This document shows positions 12,113 to 23,100 of a stretch of 64,000 bases of DNA, piece after piece. Under the pieces are notes generated by a model, which saw nothing but the letters and a program-made list of their open reading frames with translations, was not told the DNA's origin and searched no databases. Numbering within the stretch: the stretch's first letter is position 1; every line of letters begins with the position of its first letter. Origin of the DNA: Rhodosorus marinus CCMP1338 (Eukaryota; Plantae; Rhodophyta); NCBI GenBank assembly GCA_029953675.1, contig JAMWBK010000006.1, forward strand, positions 1,736,001 to 1,800,000. The letters run 5' to 3'. The translations under genes and the position numbers were made by a program.

Positions 12113-12653
12113 TCTCCGAAACCCTTGATTCCGAACCAGAATGAAAATAATCATTGAGTGTTAATAAAAAAATTACAAAAACACAAGTCATATACACCAA
12201 TCAGTACACATAAACTTAACAAAATCCCCAATAGTATCTACAAAACACAAATCCTGTACACCAATAAATTCACAGGAGTTTAAGAAATCACCCAATAGTA
12301 TCCTTAATATTTGGCGGGAAATATATATATTCAAATGTAAGTATAATATTAATGGAGAAACGTTTGAATATAGGTATTGAATTTTTTTAAATACGATGAG
12401 GAGGTTGTGAATATCTTGATCTTGAAAGGAACTGGTTTGGATGAGTAGGGTTTTCTTGGGTAGGGGGCAGAAGAGGAAGGAGGCCGTGTAGGTAGAGGTT
12501 TGGCGTGTCGTTGAAGGTGGCTCTTTTCCATGATCTAAACGGTCATCAGTGAAGTTCAACATCTAGTACTTGTATTTTCCAGGATACACCTACGAATCTT
12601 TGTTTTTATAAGGCGTTTTGTCCTGGTTTTTCTCGCTGCGTGGGGCCGTTTTG

Positions 12654-13199
12654 ATGTCTGATTCTGATGAGGGAGATGTTGTTGTATTGAAGAAGAGGAG
12701 GACGCAGAAGGATGGCCTGGATACGGATGAGCCTTTTGATTTGTTGGCGGCTTTTGGCGAGGATAATATTCAGGGCGTTGATCTCAGTCATGAGGAGAGG
12801 GCTGTGCAGTTTATGAAGCGTTGCGGAGGTGCAGAGGTGCTTTGGAGGGCGACCATCGCCGCGAGAGAATCGGGGAGGACGATTGAGGGTGATGATTGTC
12901 TTAGAGGCAGGCAGGCTTGGAGAGAATCTAGTGCAGGACTAGATTTCAGATTCTCGTGCGTTCTTCATCAAATTACGTTCAACAACGTCCGAAAATACCT
13001 TAGTCACTCGACACTGTCGTTCTGTTTGCTGCTTTGTAGATATGACATCAACGATGACATAGATTCGAGTATTACGCCCGAATCTTTCCTCGGGAGCGCG
13101 GGTACATCAAAGGCGAGCTCACCCGCACCCCGCCAGTTCAGCAGAGGGAGAGGCAAACGATCCTTCCACGGCCGAGGCAGAAGAGGCCGCCGTGGCTGA
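12654..13199 (+). CDS. Hypothetical protein, acidic N-terminus and RG-rich C-terminus, probably one intron
   Basis: MSDSDEGDVVVLKKRR... open frame ending ...RGRGKRSFHGRGRRGRRG*; a hydrophobic mid-section looks like a read-through intron. Confidence 0.5.
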   Translation: MSDSDEGDVVVLKKRRTQKDGLDTDEPFDLLAAFGEDNIQGVDLSHEERAVQFMKRCGGAEVLWRATIAARESGRTIEGDDCLRGRQAWRESSAGLDFRFSCVLHQITFNNVRKYLSHSTLSFCLLLCRYDINDDIDSSITPESFLGSAGTSKASSPAPRQFSRGRGKRSFHGRGRRGRRG

Positions 13200-13841
13200 G
13201 AAAACGAGCGACCACGGACTAGCTACGCGTTTTTCAACCCCTCCCCGATCCAAGAGCAAGTCTATTATCAAAACAATTGCCAACGGAGAGGCAATTAGAA
13301 GAAGAAGATGGGAGGAAGGACGAGTACGTCGCCCTTCGTGGAACCGGGAAAAGAGACAACGGCTTTTACACCACAACAAGAGCATGATGCCCTAGCTGAA
13401 CAAACTTGAAGGCTAAAGGCTTTATTCCTTCAGCGAATAACAACCAACTCTACTCACTTCTAAGCATGACGCCAGTGTCCAACCCAGTAAATACTCTTTC
13501 TTAATTTTATCCAAAGTTGCGAGTTTGGATACTCGTTGACGGGATTCTGAAACTGATCCGCAAGTCGTACGGGAACAGAGTTAAAACTCGTAGACAAGAA
13601 ATAATGGAAATGCACATAGAAACTCCCCCTTCGCCTTCACGTCTCGATTGGAGTTCACCGCTTCTGAGTGAATAGTGCACGACCGCTGCACTATTCGCCG
13701 AGAATGTTGCTGAGCAGCTTAGTGGTGGTCGCCCGGGGGATCGTCGATAATAACTGTCTTGAAACCCTGCGTTTACGAAATAACTTGTGTGAGAACAACC
13801 GGGTGTTTCCGAATGTTTCAACCGGAGGAGAATAGTCCGGC

Positions 13842-14150
13842 TTATAAACCGGTTTCGGCTGGAAAATTGCTGAGAGTTTTCAGTTCGCTTTCACAGGCAA
13901 CTGAGACGAATATTAATAACATGCATAATCCAAAAAGGAAACAATTCAATGTGAGGTTGTCTCTTACAAGGTCGTAAAGCCCGGTGTCGTATAATCTCCA
14001 GCAAACAAAGAAGGACATAAACGCGCCAACACTTCGTGCAAGCATCATCTCTTTCCTGTGCGGCACGTATACCTCGAACCCACAATACGGCTTCCGAGGA
14101 TCCGCCATAAGCCTACGCCAAGGATAAGGATCGTCGCTTCCCCCTCCCAT
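13842..14150 (-). CDS. Small single-TM protein, possibly complex I accessory subunit NDUFB2-like; first exon 14150-13968, 3' end uncertain
   Basis: MGGGSDD...PYCGFEVYVPHRKEMMLARSVGAFMSFFVCWRLYDTG resembles plant NDUFB2 (MGGG...YKGVTVH..K.W...GKGL.A.MWFWILYR, recalled from memory); gtaag donor at 13967. Confidence 0.45.
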   Translation of the reverse strand: MGGGSDDPYPWRRLMADPRKPYCGFEVYVPHRKEMMLARSVGAFMSFFVCWRLYDTGLYDLVRDNLTLNCFLFGLCMLLIFVSVACESELKTLSNFPAETGL

Positions 14151-14379
14151 TTCTCGCTCGATTACCCCCAAAAAACTACCACACCAAAAAGAAAACAGGT
14201 AAAGACCCTCAATGCCTACCAGACTTTAACAACAACAGTGCCTACACTCAACTATCCCTCCCAACATGTTCCAAGTTCTGGATAGCTATACCCCAACGCC
14301 CCAAGCAAGTAGTCTGAGAGAATCCCCATACACCTCAACCAGCTCCCCTCCTCCTCCCACAGATCGAGCCTTCCCGCTT

Positions 14380-14995
14380 GGAACTAAAATTATTTAGCGG
14401 ATGTCCTAATAGCCCAAACAAGGTGTTCTAAAGTAAGATGATATAGCATTGCTCTAGGAGAAAGACGTCGTATTCTTGGGACGTCGAGCATGAAGTATGA
14501 CTACGAATTCACCCTTTAGTCTAGATGAAGGTCACTTCCTGACCTAGTCTGCCGATATAAATTAGACTTCACTGGAGAAGTAATTGAGTGGAAAAATAAA
14601 AAGGAAGCAGGAAAAGAATTATATGGTAGTCTGCTAAAGGGGTGAATTCTGTCGGCGCACGATCGCAAAAAATGGTAAATAGTACCGAGAGAGCGGGATT
14701 GAGCACTAATGTACCCCTTGGACAAGAGGTCAAGTTTATCCCCCATTTACTAGCCCGAAGAGTGCCTTCTAAAGTAATGTAAATTCAATCTATTCTAGAC
14801 CAAATACACTGTATTCTTGGGAGTTGTAGTTAAAACGTGGCTAAACATTTGCCTTTCAGTCTAGATGAGGGTCAAGAAGTGATCTATTCTTAGGGTATAA
14901 ATTAGGCTTCCTTTGAATAGTAAATGATAAGAGTGAGTAAGTTAAGAAGAGAAAATCAGTCAGAAATTTACGAGGGTTTGAGTCGAAAGGGGCGG
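14380..14995. repeat. Diverged direct duplication, two copies about 341 bp apart
   Basis: Shared anchors TAGCCC (14410/14751), TTCTAAAGTAA (14426/14767), GTATTCTTGGGA (14470/14811), AGTCTAGATGA (14518/14858), TATAAATTAG (~14555/~14896) at near-constant 340-341 bp offset. Confidence 0.75.
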
Positions 14996-16149
14996 CTCCT
15001 TTTTTGGCTGGAGAGGATTTCTCAATATTTTAATAGATTATCGATAGGGATAGTCAAGGACAATATGCTTTTGTCTTGTGTTTTTGGTTGAAGCTGCGCT
15101 GGACGTGATTCGTCAATTGTATTATTCAGTCATTGTGATTTTGGATTGGTTTATTGATTGATATGTGGAAGGGAGTTGTCCCGACCGCAACTAACTGTGC
15201 ATAACCCCAGAATAGGGTTGTCATGAAACGTCCGATAACAGAGCAAATTGGTATAGAATAACCGAAACAATTAAGGTACTTCTGTGAAGATCCACGAGAA
15301 GGCACTAACGACAATAGTAACGATAGTATCAATCCCCATGGAATGAATCACTTTAGTATCAAACACCATGCATGTATATATACTTGGTGCACTAGATCTG
15401 CCGACACTAGAAGCAGATCTTCCGCACAGAGAGTATGAGGGATGTTAGTGAACTGAAGGGCTTAGAGTTCACTGGGAGGCGGTAGAAAAGGGAGCGAAGA
15501 AAAGGGAATAGAATAGAAAACAGAGTCTCTTGGGGTTTGGTTGAGATGGCGGGTTTCATCCCTGCGTCTGATTTGGACTACCTTTGACATAGAGTCAGTG
15601 GGTTTCATCCCCGCGATCTACGTCATTGGAGACCTTTTAGAGTGGTTGTATCCCGCTCTAGGTCGAATACCGTGTTCAGGGGGTTTCTGAGGATATTAAG
15701 AATTACATTGATCAATGAGTCTACAATGCAAATCTTTGAAAAAAACCTGTCTGATTTGGGGTGTTTATTAGACATTTTTCACAAGAGTTTCATATTGAAG
15801 CGGGGTAATTGTTTGGTTTATTCAATACCACTGTGTACTAATGTTCGTACTAAGTTTATATCGGACGGAACGTGACAGACCGCACAAGAACATCAGGCTG
15901 GTGACTTGGCTCTCCAGGCATCTAGGACTTCGAACTAGGGACGAGGTAGTATGGTGTTCAGGCCTACATTTAAAATTGAGACTCTGTTTAAATAGAAACG
16001 TTATATATATATATATGTATAAGAATGCCGAAGCACTTCGACAGGGATGTGGTTTGTGAAAAAGTCATTCATTGTTTATTCAGAGACAAGAGCGAATTAC
16101 GTTTAAGCTGGGGAAGCTTGATGCTGATTGTCGGTCCTGTTGGTTCAGC

Positions 16150-16520
16150 TTTGGTATGCCAAATAAGAACAGCGATCCAACTAGAAACATACTCAAACCG
16201 ATGATCGATTTCAAATGAATAGGGATCTATAAGAACATAACAGTATCCGCTGGGCTGATAGTGATCTTTGGCATAAGGTAAGTATCCGATTCGGATTCAG
16301 TTCCGTTTTGTTAGAACGCAAACTGGTCAAGCAACTTTTCCGTTTTTGAGAGTTGAAATTTTAAGTTGTATAACTCGGTTCAGCGCGCGGTAGTCGACAC
16401 CAAGGCGGTTTAGTCGCCTATTTTCTAAGTAGGACAGGGGCTGCTCACTGACTCGCCGAGGGGGTCGTGAAACCCTTGTTATGAGGTCATCCAAATGCGC
16501 TCGGATCTCCTTCCCCTCTC
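16150..16520 (-). mobile_element. Decayed Ty3/gypsy LTR-retrotransposon reverse transcriptase fragment
   Basis: With frameshifts and stops the minus strand reads EIRAHLDDLI/NKGFTTPSASQ*AAPVLLRK/NRLGVDYRALNRV...KLLDQF...GY...HRFEYV...FG, matching the gypsy RT consensus (..LD.L...GFI.PS.SPWAAPVL.V.K...RL.VDYRALN...LLD.L...SGY.Q...FEY..MPFG). Confidence 0.8.
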
Positions 16521-16699
16521 CAAAGGAATGAGAGGTGAATCAGCAACGCAAGGCGATGCAAAAGTTTTGTTCTTTGTGGGTGCTCAATACCATCTAAACA
16601 CTATTTTTCAATCTTCCCTTACCCTAAAAAAAAGAAAAAAATCGACTTCCAGCCAATCACATAGGATCTATTGAAAATGCCAGTGCAGGGGTTACTTAG

Positions 16700-17245
16700 C
16701 ATTTCGATGACAGCACTCCGGGGTTTTGTGCGCCCGCTTCTAGATGAGCACCCTATTCCATATCCTTACTGCTCAAGCTTCAAATTTTGGAGCATTGAAG
16801 TACGCATGATTTTTGAGGAATCAAGCCATGCAAAGTGACACCAAGTGCGATGCGACGCGGTCACGTAGAATTTCTTGAGAAGAAAAAGCCAACACACATC
16901 GCCGGGTGAAGAGCTGACTACTAAACATCCCGATGACAGCATTCCATGGGTTTTGTGCAAGTTGCCTTTTGTATGAGCACCCTATTCCGTTTCCGAACTA
17001 CACGCTCAGAGCATTGAAGCACGTATGATTTCTGAGGAATCAAGAACACAATGCGCGACGCGGTCGCATAGAATTTCTTGAAAACGCGAACACACTCATC
17101 ATCCGGGTGACGTGAAAACTTGTTTTACCATATTCCAACTGCTGCTGAGGTTGCGTGGCGTGACTTGCTTTGCATGAGCACCCTTTTTCCTACTGCGCAC
17201 TCACCAGATTTTTGAGCATCAAAACATGCGGAATTTCTGTGGTGT
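16700..17245. repeat. Imperfect tandem repeat, ~226-bp unit, two full copies and a partial third
   Basis: GATGACAGCA at 16706 and 16932; ATGAGCACCC at 16744, 16973 and 17174; shared GAGCATTGAAG, GAGGAATCAAG, GCGACGCGGTC, TAGAATTTCTTGA, CCGGGTGA blocks. Confidence 0.9.
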
Positions 17246-18745
17246 CAGGCCCCGGAAAAGCGCGAATGGAAATTTAATTCAGAGCATTTTCCTTCGTTCT
17301 ATAAAACAACAACCAAATCCCTGTGGCAAGGGAAGGTAGAGCGGGGAGGTATTTCGCACTCTTGGTGGTTCGGTGGCTGGACATCTAATTGCTCACCGCA
17401 CATCAATGTACCCCACCACTCCCGTTCTCCATACCCCCCGGATCAATGAACCACATCTAATCGGCACAACCAACCAAAGGGAAAAATTCGTCGAAGTTCG
17501 AAAACAATTTCGAAAATTTGGGTTCAACAATAATCTGTGTAAGTACCCACTACTCAATAAAACCAAAAAAAAACAAGAAAGGACCTCTTCCGGTTCCAAA
17601 ATCGGACTAACTAATCATCGATCACCAACCTCATATAGGGGTTGGTCTGAAAACAGAAAACTTAGATCGTGTCAGACACCGACATCCGAATAATCCCCGT
17701 CTCAAGTGGATGATGGATGATGGATGATCGATCTGCTGCTCATCTTTTTCTTCAATTGCGAAATGGACCCTTTCTAAATCAGCCGTTATACAACCCCTAT
17801 GATTTAATATTTTAGATCAATCCTTCTAGCAACGTTTTGTTTTCACATTTCTATGTTGAGGAGAATAAGCATGTTAGTGGGGGGGAGGAAGGTCGGAGAA
17901 GGATGAGTCGCACACCGATCATCAGAAAAGGTACCTCGGTGTGTACTATGCTTATTGTGTTGGAACGTACATCGGCACGTACTAAGGTTGTATTGCGTTG
18001 GAACGCAAGTAGCCTTTTGAATTGCACCTAATCCAACCAGTTCCAACAATGAACCGATGTTGACTGACGGCCACAGAAAGACGGACAAGGAGTCCGCATG
18101 TCAATGGGGGGGGAAACGGCACCTACTGAACGCTCGAGCCTCGGTCTGATATTGAAAATCATCTTCCCCGGTCGGATTGCTGTCTAGCCTTCGTGGGTGT
18201 TTGCTGAAAGGCTCGGTGAGCGCATACTCGCCTCCAGCATTCGTATCTTGTAGAAATTGAGGGTTTAGTGGTTTTTATTTATAGCCACTACCCGATTGAA
18301 TTGATGCCAACTATTGTGGTCGTAAGCAGCCTAGTCCATTTGAGCGTACCTCCCCCCCGCGCACATTGTCAGGACTGTAGTCCAGTTGAGAGAGCCGGAG
18401 GAGTGAGCCCAATCACAGTAAATATTTACATAATTTATTATACTTTGAGAAAAAAGTATTGACGTTGGGTAATCTCCTCAAACTCGGTTGACAACTATCC
18501 TTTGTCAATCTCAATGTCTGACGGGGTGAATCCCACAATAAGTACTGAAGTACTTCTTGTCATGAAATCAATAAGTAATAAGTACTGTTCTCATGTTTGT
18601 TTTAAAGTGGTCAGGTCGTTCGGAACATAGCCTGGGGCGGAGGGCGAAGTGTGGCAAGGAAAGGTAGAACCGGGGAGATAGTGCACTTTTGGTGGTTTTG
18701 GGGGGATAGTGTTTGATAGCGAGGGTTTGGAAGTTCTAGAAAAAC

Positions 18746-19602
18746 ATGGACCTGGAGCATATTAAGAAGGAGCTTAACTTGCGTGACGATGAGGAGATCA
18801 TCGAGGCTGCGGAGCTTTCAGAATCTGTGGTCGGTTACTGGTTTTGGGGGGGGATGGGTTTCCTGTTCATAACTATTATTGGGATTCCGCTAATGTTGAT
18901 TTGGCCGTTTCTTGTATGTACTGTGGGCTCGACCTATAGAAGAACATATCTGGTGGTGCTAACCAACAGCGCCCTCATAATAAGAAAAGGACCCGTTTGC
19001 AGCAACTGCGTTCCACGCGTGGAGAAGAACATTTTTCTCGATAGAATCCAGGATCTGACGCTTGTTCAAGGTATTTGGCACAAGTAAGATACAAACGACT
19101 TCGCAAACCCGGCCGTTTCTATTTTTTAGTTGAGCTTTACTCGCTTTTTGTTTACAAAGAGCGAGCAACCCACAGGCTCTGAATCTCTTCTCTGACAACT
19201 ACCTTGAAATGCATTAGATGTTTTGACCTGTACCAGCTCAACGTTGAAACCGCTGGGAAAAGCACCGAAGGGCCCGAAGTAACCTTAACCGGCGTTATCA
19301 ATCCGCGAGAGTTCCGTGAGCATATTTTGAGGCAGCGAGAGATCTATATTGCTGCTGGGAAAGGTGGCGACGGGCTAGGAGCCGCGCGAAATGCTCCCAC
19401 AGCTCCCGCAAACGCAGTTGCCCCAGTACCCATCGCTGAGCCGTCCAATGCGGAGATCTCCGAATCTGTCGAGAAGACAAACACACTCCTTGCCGATATC
19501 AAGGACGTACTCGTGCAGATTGGTACCGATCTCAACAAGAACAATCAAGGACCTCCAGCAGATATCGAGCAGGGTGTCGAAGACGATATCCAAATCTCAT
19601 AA
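18746..19602 (+). CDS. Membrane protein with bacterial-type PH (bPH_2/DUF304, YdbS-like) domain, two exons
   Basis: Hydrophobic segment (WFWGGMGFLFITIIGIPLMLIWPFLV) then YLVVLTNSALIIRKG...EKNIFLDRIQDLTLVQG | ...DLYQLNVETAG...EVTLTGVINPREFREHIL, the typical bPH_2 pattern. Confidence 0.75.
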
Positions 19603-19660
19603 GCAAGCGTTTCTATTTCTACTCAGATAGTTATCTTCTGGTGGGACACACCAAAATAAA

Positions 19661-20734
19661 TCACTTCAGCTTGGCTCTCGTGATGTTCCTCAAAGCCCGC
19701 TTTCTTAGTTTTTCACGCATCTTCTTGAAATCAGCTTCCATCGGGTCCTCTGTATATTTGAACATCCCAAAGGCATTAAGCGTTGACAGCATAATCTTAG
19801 GAACTGGGGCGCGAACTGATATCATCTTGCCAGTAATGGATGGGAACTCAATCTCCCACGCGTGTAAATGCAACCGACACAGCGCATGAGTGCCCAGGAT
19901 TCCGGTTAAGCTTCCCTCATCGTTCGCGTCTGAGAACTTGTGGTCGCCGATTATTGGACAACCAAGCACCTGAGCGCAATGGGTTCGCAGCTGTCTCTTA
20001 CGCCCAGTCACCGGGATCATCTCGAGCCATGCTGCGGTCTTTCTTGCCAAGCCCAAGGTACGGTATTCAGTTATCGCGGGCTTTTCTTCAAGATACGATT
20101 GAATTCTCCCCTGGGCCTTTGCCGGATTGCCATGTACGATCGCCCAATACGTCTTCCTAATCCTGCTGCGGAGTTTCAACAATCTTGAGAAATACCGCGC
20201 TGCACCGATGTTACGGGCGAGAACCATAGCTCCTGTGCAGTCTTTGTCGAGGCGGTGCACAAGGCGTATAGCGTCTCTGTGCTCCCCTTGGAGACAAGCA
20301 TATTCTGTGAGTATGCTCCCTCCCCGATGTTTCCATCCTCCAGGTTGAGATTCGACTCCGGCAGGTTTATTAATGATGAAGAAGTCGTCGTCTTGGTACA
20401 AAATTGACTCTCTCACCCAGGTAGGCACTTTCGGGTAAATCAACTCCGGAGCGGCTTTTTCATCCTCATGAAACTCGAATTCGTACGGGACTAGGATTTT
20501 TTGCCCACCTCTTAACTTGGTCTTCATCTCCGTTTTTAAGCCAACCGATTCTACCTGGATCTGCCCAAGCCTTACCATTTCGGCCATGTTCCTATATGGC
20601 ATTGCTGGAAATCTCTTCCTCAGGAAATACAAAAGTCGAATGCCAGCGTCGGTGCCCGGAACCGTTAGCTTCTTGTATGAATAGGGCCTATCATAAACAT
20701 TAAGAAACCACGGAAAGACCTTTTTCATCGACAT
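19661..20734 (-). CDS. RluA-family RNA pseudouridine synthase (RluC/RluD-like, probably organellar), intronless
   Basis: ILYQDDDFFIINKPAG, catalytic RLVHRLDKDCTGAMVLAR, KTYWAIVHG, GRKRQLRTH...PIIGDHK, LHLHAWEIEFP. Confidence 0.93.
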   Translation of the reverse strand: MSMKKVFPWFLNVYDRPYSYKKLTVPGTDAGIRLLYFLRKRFPAMPYRNMAEMVRLGQIQVESVGLKTEMKTKLRGGQKILVPYEFEFHEDEKAAPELIYPKVPTWVRESILYQDDDFFIINKPAGVESQPGGWKHRGGSILTEYACLQGEHRDAIRLVHRLDKDCTGAMVLARNIGAARYFSRLLKLRSRIRKTYWAIVHGNPAKAQGRIQSYLEEKPAITEYRTLGLARKTAAWLEMIPVTGRKRQLRTHCAQVLGCPIIGDHKFSDANDEGSLTGILGTHALCRLHLHAWEIEFPSITGKMISVRAPVPKIMLSTLNAFGMFKYTEDPMEADFKKMREKLRKRALRNITRAKLK

Positions 20735-20805
20735 ATTAGTTGTACCGTTGCAGGCGCTTTACATCATCCTCTGAATTCCTTGACAAAACAACAAACAAAC
20801 ACACA

Positions 20806-21720
20806 ATGCAGCAACCTGTGACCGCCTTCGCAACGTCCCCCAGGCTGAAACGCTCCCAAAGGATACCCCCGAGGACGATGTTACAAAAGTTTCAACTTGC
20901 AACGCGACGGAAAGGATCAGGTCTGAGCTCCGGATGACAACCCCCTTGTTCCAATGATGGCCGCGCACGAGCAGCTTTCAGAACTAGTATTAAAAAGCGA
21001 AACAACGCGGAGCCTTTGTAGGTCTAATTGCTGTTGAGCAATCACTATCTGAAGACGGAGAAGCCAGTTGGGGAAGTGATTCCTTGGCATCGCCCACTAC
21101 CGATTGCCCGATGCTTTTCCGTAGAGCGCTCCTATAACACTTGAATGGTCTCTGTGCAGAGATGTTCTAGTTCCTGGAAAGAATTGGAAAGGATCCTGTC
21201 CACTCCCAAGGCTCTTAGAATCGTCTCATTTCGACACGGCCCACTGAACCTTCGGCGGGTACTGGTATGAGTGCGGAATGGAAGACGGAGCCTCTATTGT
21301 TGACCCGTCCTCTGAGCTAGTGGATGTACTGGGAGATGTTTGATCGGGTAGGACTTCACTCAGAGTGACGTACGCACGGCTTCTGCGCCGCGGCAAATGC
21401 TGCTCGTCACGTTCTGTTCATTGAAAGTTTCTTTTTGACTATAAAGCACGTTCGCCAGTTTTTTTCTAATGTTATAATTTGGAGGGAATATGCTAGCTCC
21501 CTTCACGAAGACGAGAGAAACAGACGAAAACACTTTGCGCGTACTTGACAGCCTGTGTAAGTGTTGCCAGATCTGTATTGGATCGAAAGACCCACGGCTT
21601 GAATTTCTGGAGCTATGGGTTTGTAAAGCAATGACAAAAACTCTGTGTTTGATTCTGCCGTTCACTTTGTGTCAGCCGAGTCCGCAGCCGCCACTCCCTT
21701 TCCGAGCCTTTCAATTTCAT
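20806..21720 (+). CDS. Hypothetical multi-exon gene, transit-peptide-like N-terminus
   Basis: MQQPVTAFATSPRLKRSQRIPPR... followed by several short open segments bounded by gt/ag; no family recognised, structure uncertain. Confidence 0.3.
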
Positions 21721-23100
21721 GAACAATCTCCTCAACTCCGGCAAGGAAATTGACCTTCATGTGGTAGTCGTCTCCAACCGTCAGGTCTGCAGAACACAAG
21801 GAAATTGGTCGTCGATCAGGAGGATGTTCCAAAACTAAACAGTAGGATGCTAAAGGATACAACTGGTTTGTCCTTTGATGAAAAACGGGGACTCACCCAA
21901 AATTCGTGTTCCTTCTCCATTGGTTGCAACACCCCCAGCTTGTTCGATGATGAAAGCGAGTGGAGCGCATTCGCACAGCAAGTGAGCATCTGGCTTCACC
22001 AGGGCACCCCCTAGTCGATTGAAACGCACAAAGTATGGCACTCAGTAAAGAAGGTCCTCCCGTGGAGCAGTTTCTGCCGTCAACGCCTTACCGTTCGGCA
22101 TCATTAAAGCAACGTTTCCAGCCATGCATCCGGTATGGTACATCTTCACATCATGGTTGGAATCGACGTAGTTCTTAACGCCCTTCCCGAGCGGCGTGTT
22201 AGAGGAAACAATCGTCCTCTTTCCGTACACGGCGGTCGATTTTTCTTTGATGGTAAGCCTCTGATCGGGCTGCAGAAAGTACTGCATCGCAACTGGATGC
22301 AGTACGAATGAGTACAATCCGTGACCCATGGTGTAGTACAAGACTGTGGAGGGCCCGTAGACAACGAATCCGGCTGCTACTTGATCGGAGGCCTTCTGCT
22401 TGAGGTCGATGTACTTGCCCGGGAGAGATGTGGACGACTTTCTCTTGTAAATGGAGAAGATCGTTCCGCATACGGGTTGGTCCACAGCCCTGGGGTCAGC
22501 GTCCAGAGCGGAAATGCAGACAACGTAACCTCCATGAGGTACTTCCTCCGGGAAAGTCAGCGGCTGCTCGCGGCTCTTCGCCAAAATAAGACAGGAATAA
22601 CCATCATGTGCCAGAGATCTGTACAAAAGTCTCGTTGCAAACTCTGATGTTATCTGTTGCGTTCCGACCTGCCCGTATCTAACCACACCCAAATTTCCAC
22701 ATAATCCGTAAGACTTCGCGCCGACCAGCCGAGGGAATAGCTTCCAGCAGGTGCTCTTACGTTATAGTTTCAGACCCCTCCGCGACAAAAGCCGAGATTG
22801 CGTGAGTTTGGGTAGCAATATCATCGAGAAGACGCACAATCTCTCCCGTATAATCGACAGGCGATGACATAAACGTCCTCCTTACATGCGACGGGAAAAC
22901 AGTCGCCGCCTTCGATACCTTCGAGGACAGATTTCCCCCGAGGGGAGACATTGGTGACTTGAGGTGAACGTCCCTTGCAAACAAAATGCGCACAGAAGGC
23001 CCTCGTCAGAAACCAAACTAGATCTTCCATAAGGAGAGCGGAGACAACAAAAACCCAAGGATCCGTCTTAGACTTACATCATACGGGGAGCCTCTATTTG
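21662..23100 (-). CDS. FBPase class 1-fold protein with degenerate active site (probable pseudoenzyme); multi-exon, 5' end approximate
   Basis: TGEIVRLLDDIATQTHAISAFV, GGYVVCISALDAD, GTIFSIYK, QVAAGFVVYGPSTVLYYTMGHG, HLLCECAPLAFIIEQAGGVATNG, C-terminal HMKVNFLAGVEEIV; the DPLDGS and SEE metal motifs are replaced. Confidence 0.85.

Noticed and set aside
15395-15421. Short inverted repeat AGATCTGC...GCAGATCT and nearby GGGTTTCATCCC duplicate (15551/15601)
   Set aside because: Too short to separate from chance or transposon debris.
18040-18250. Possible structured ncRNA (SRP/MRP-like)
   Set aside because: No diagnostic conserved motif could be matched by eye.
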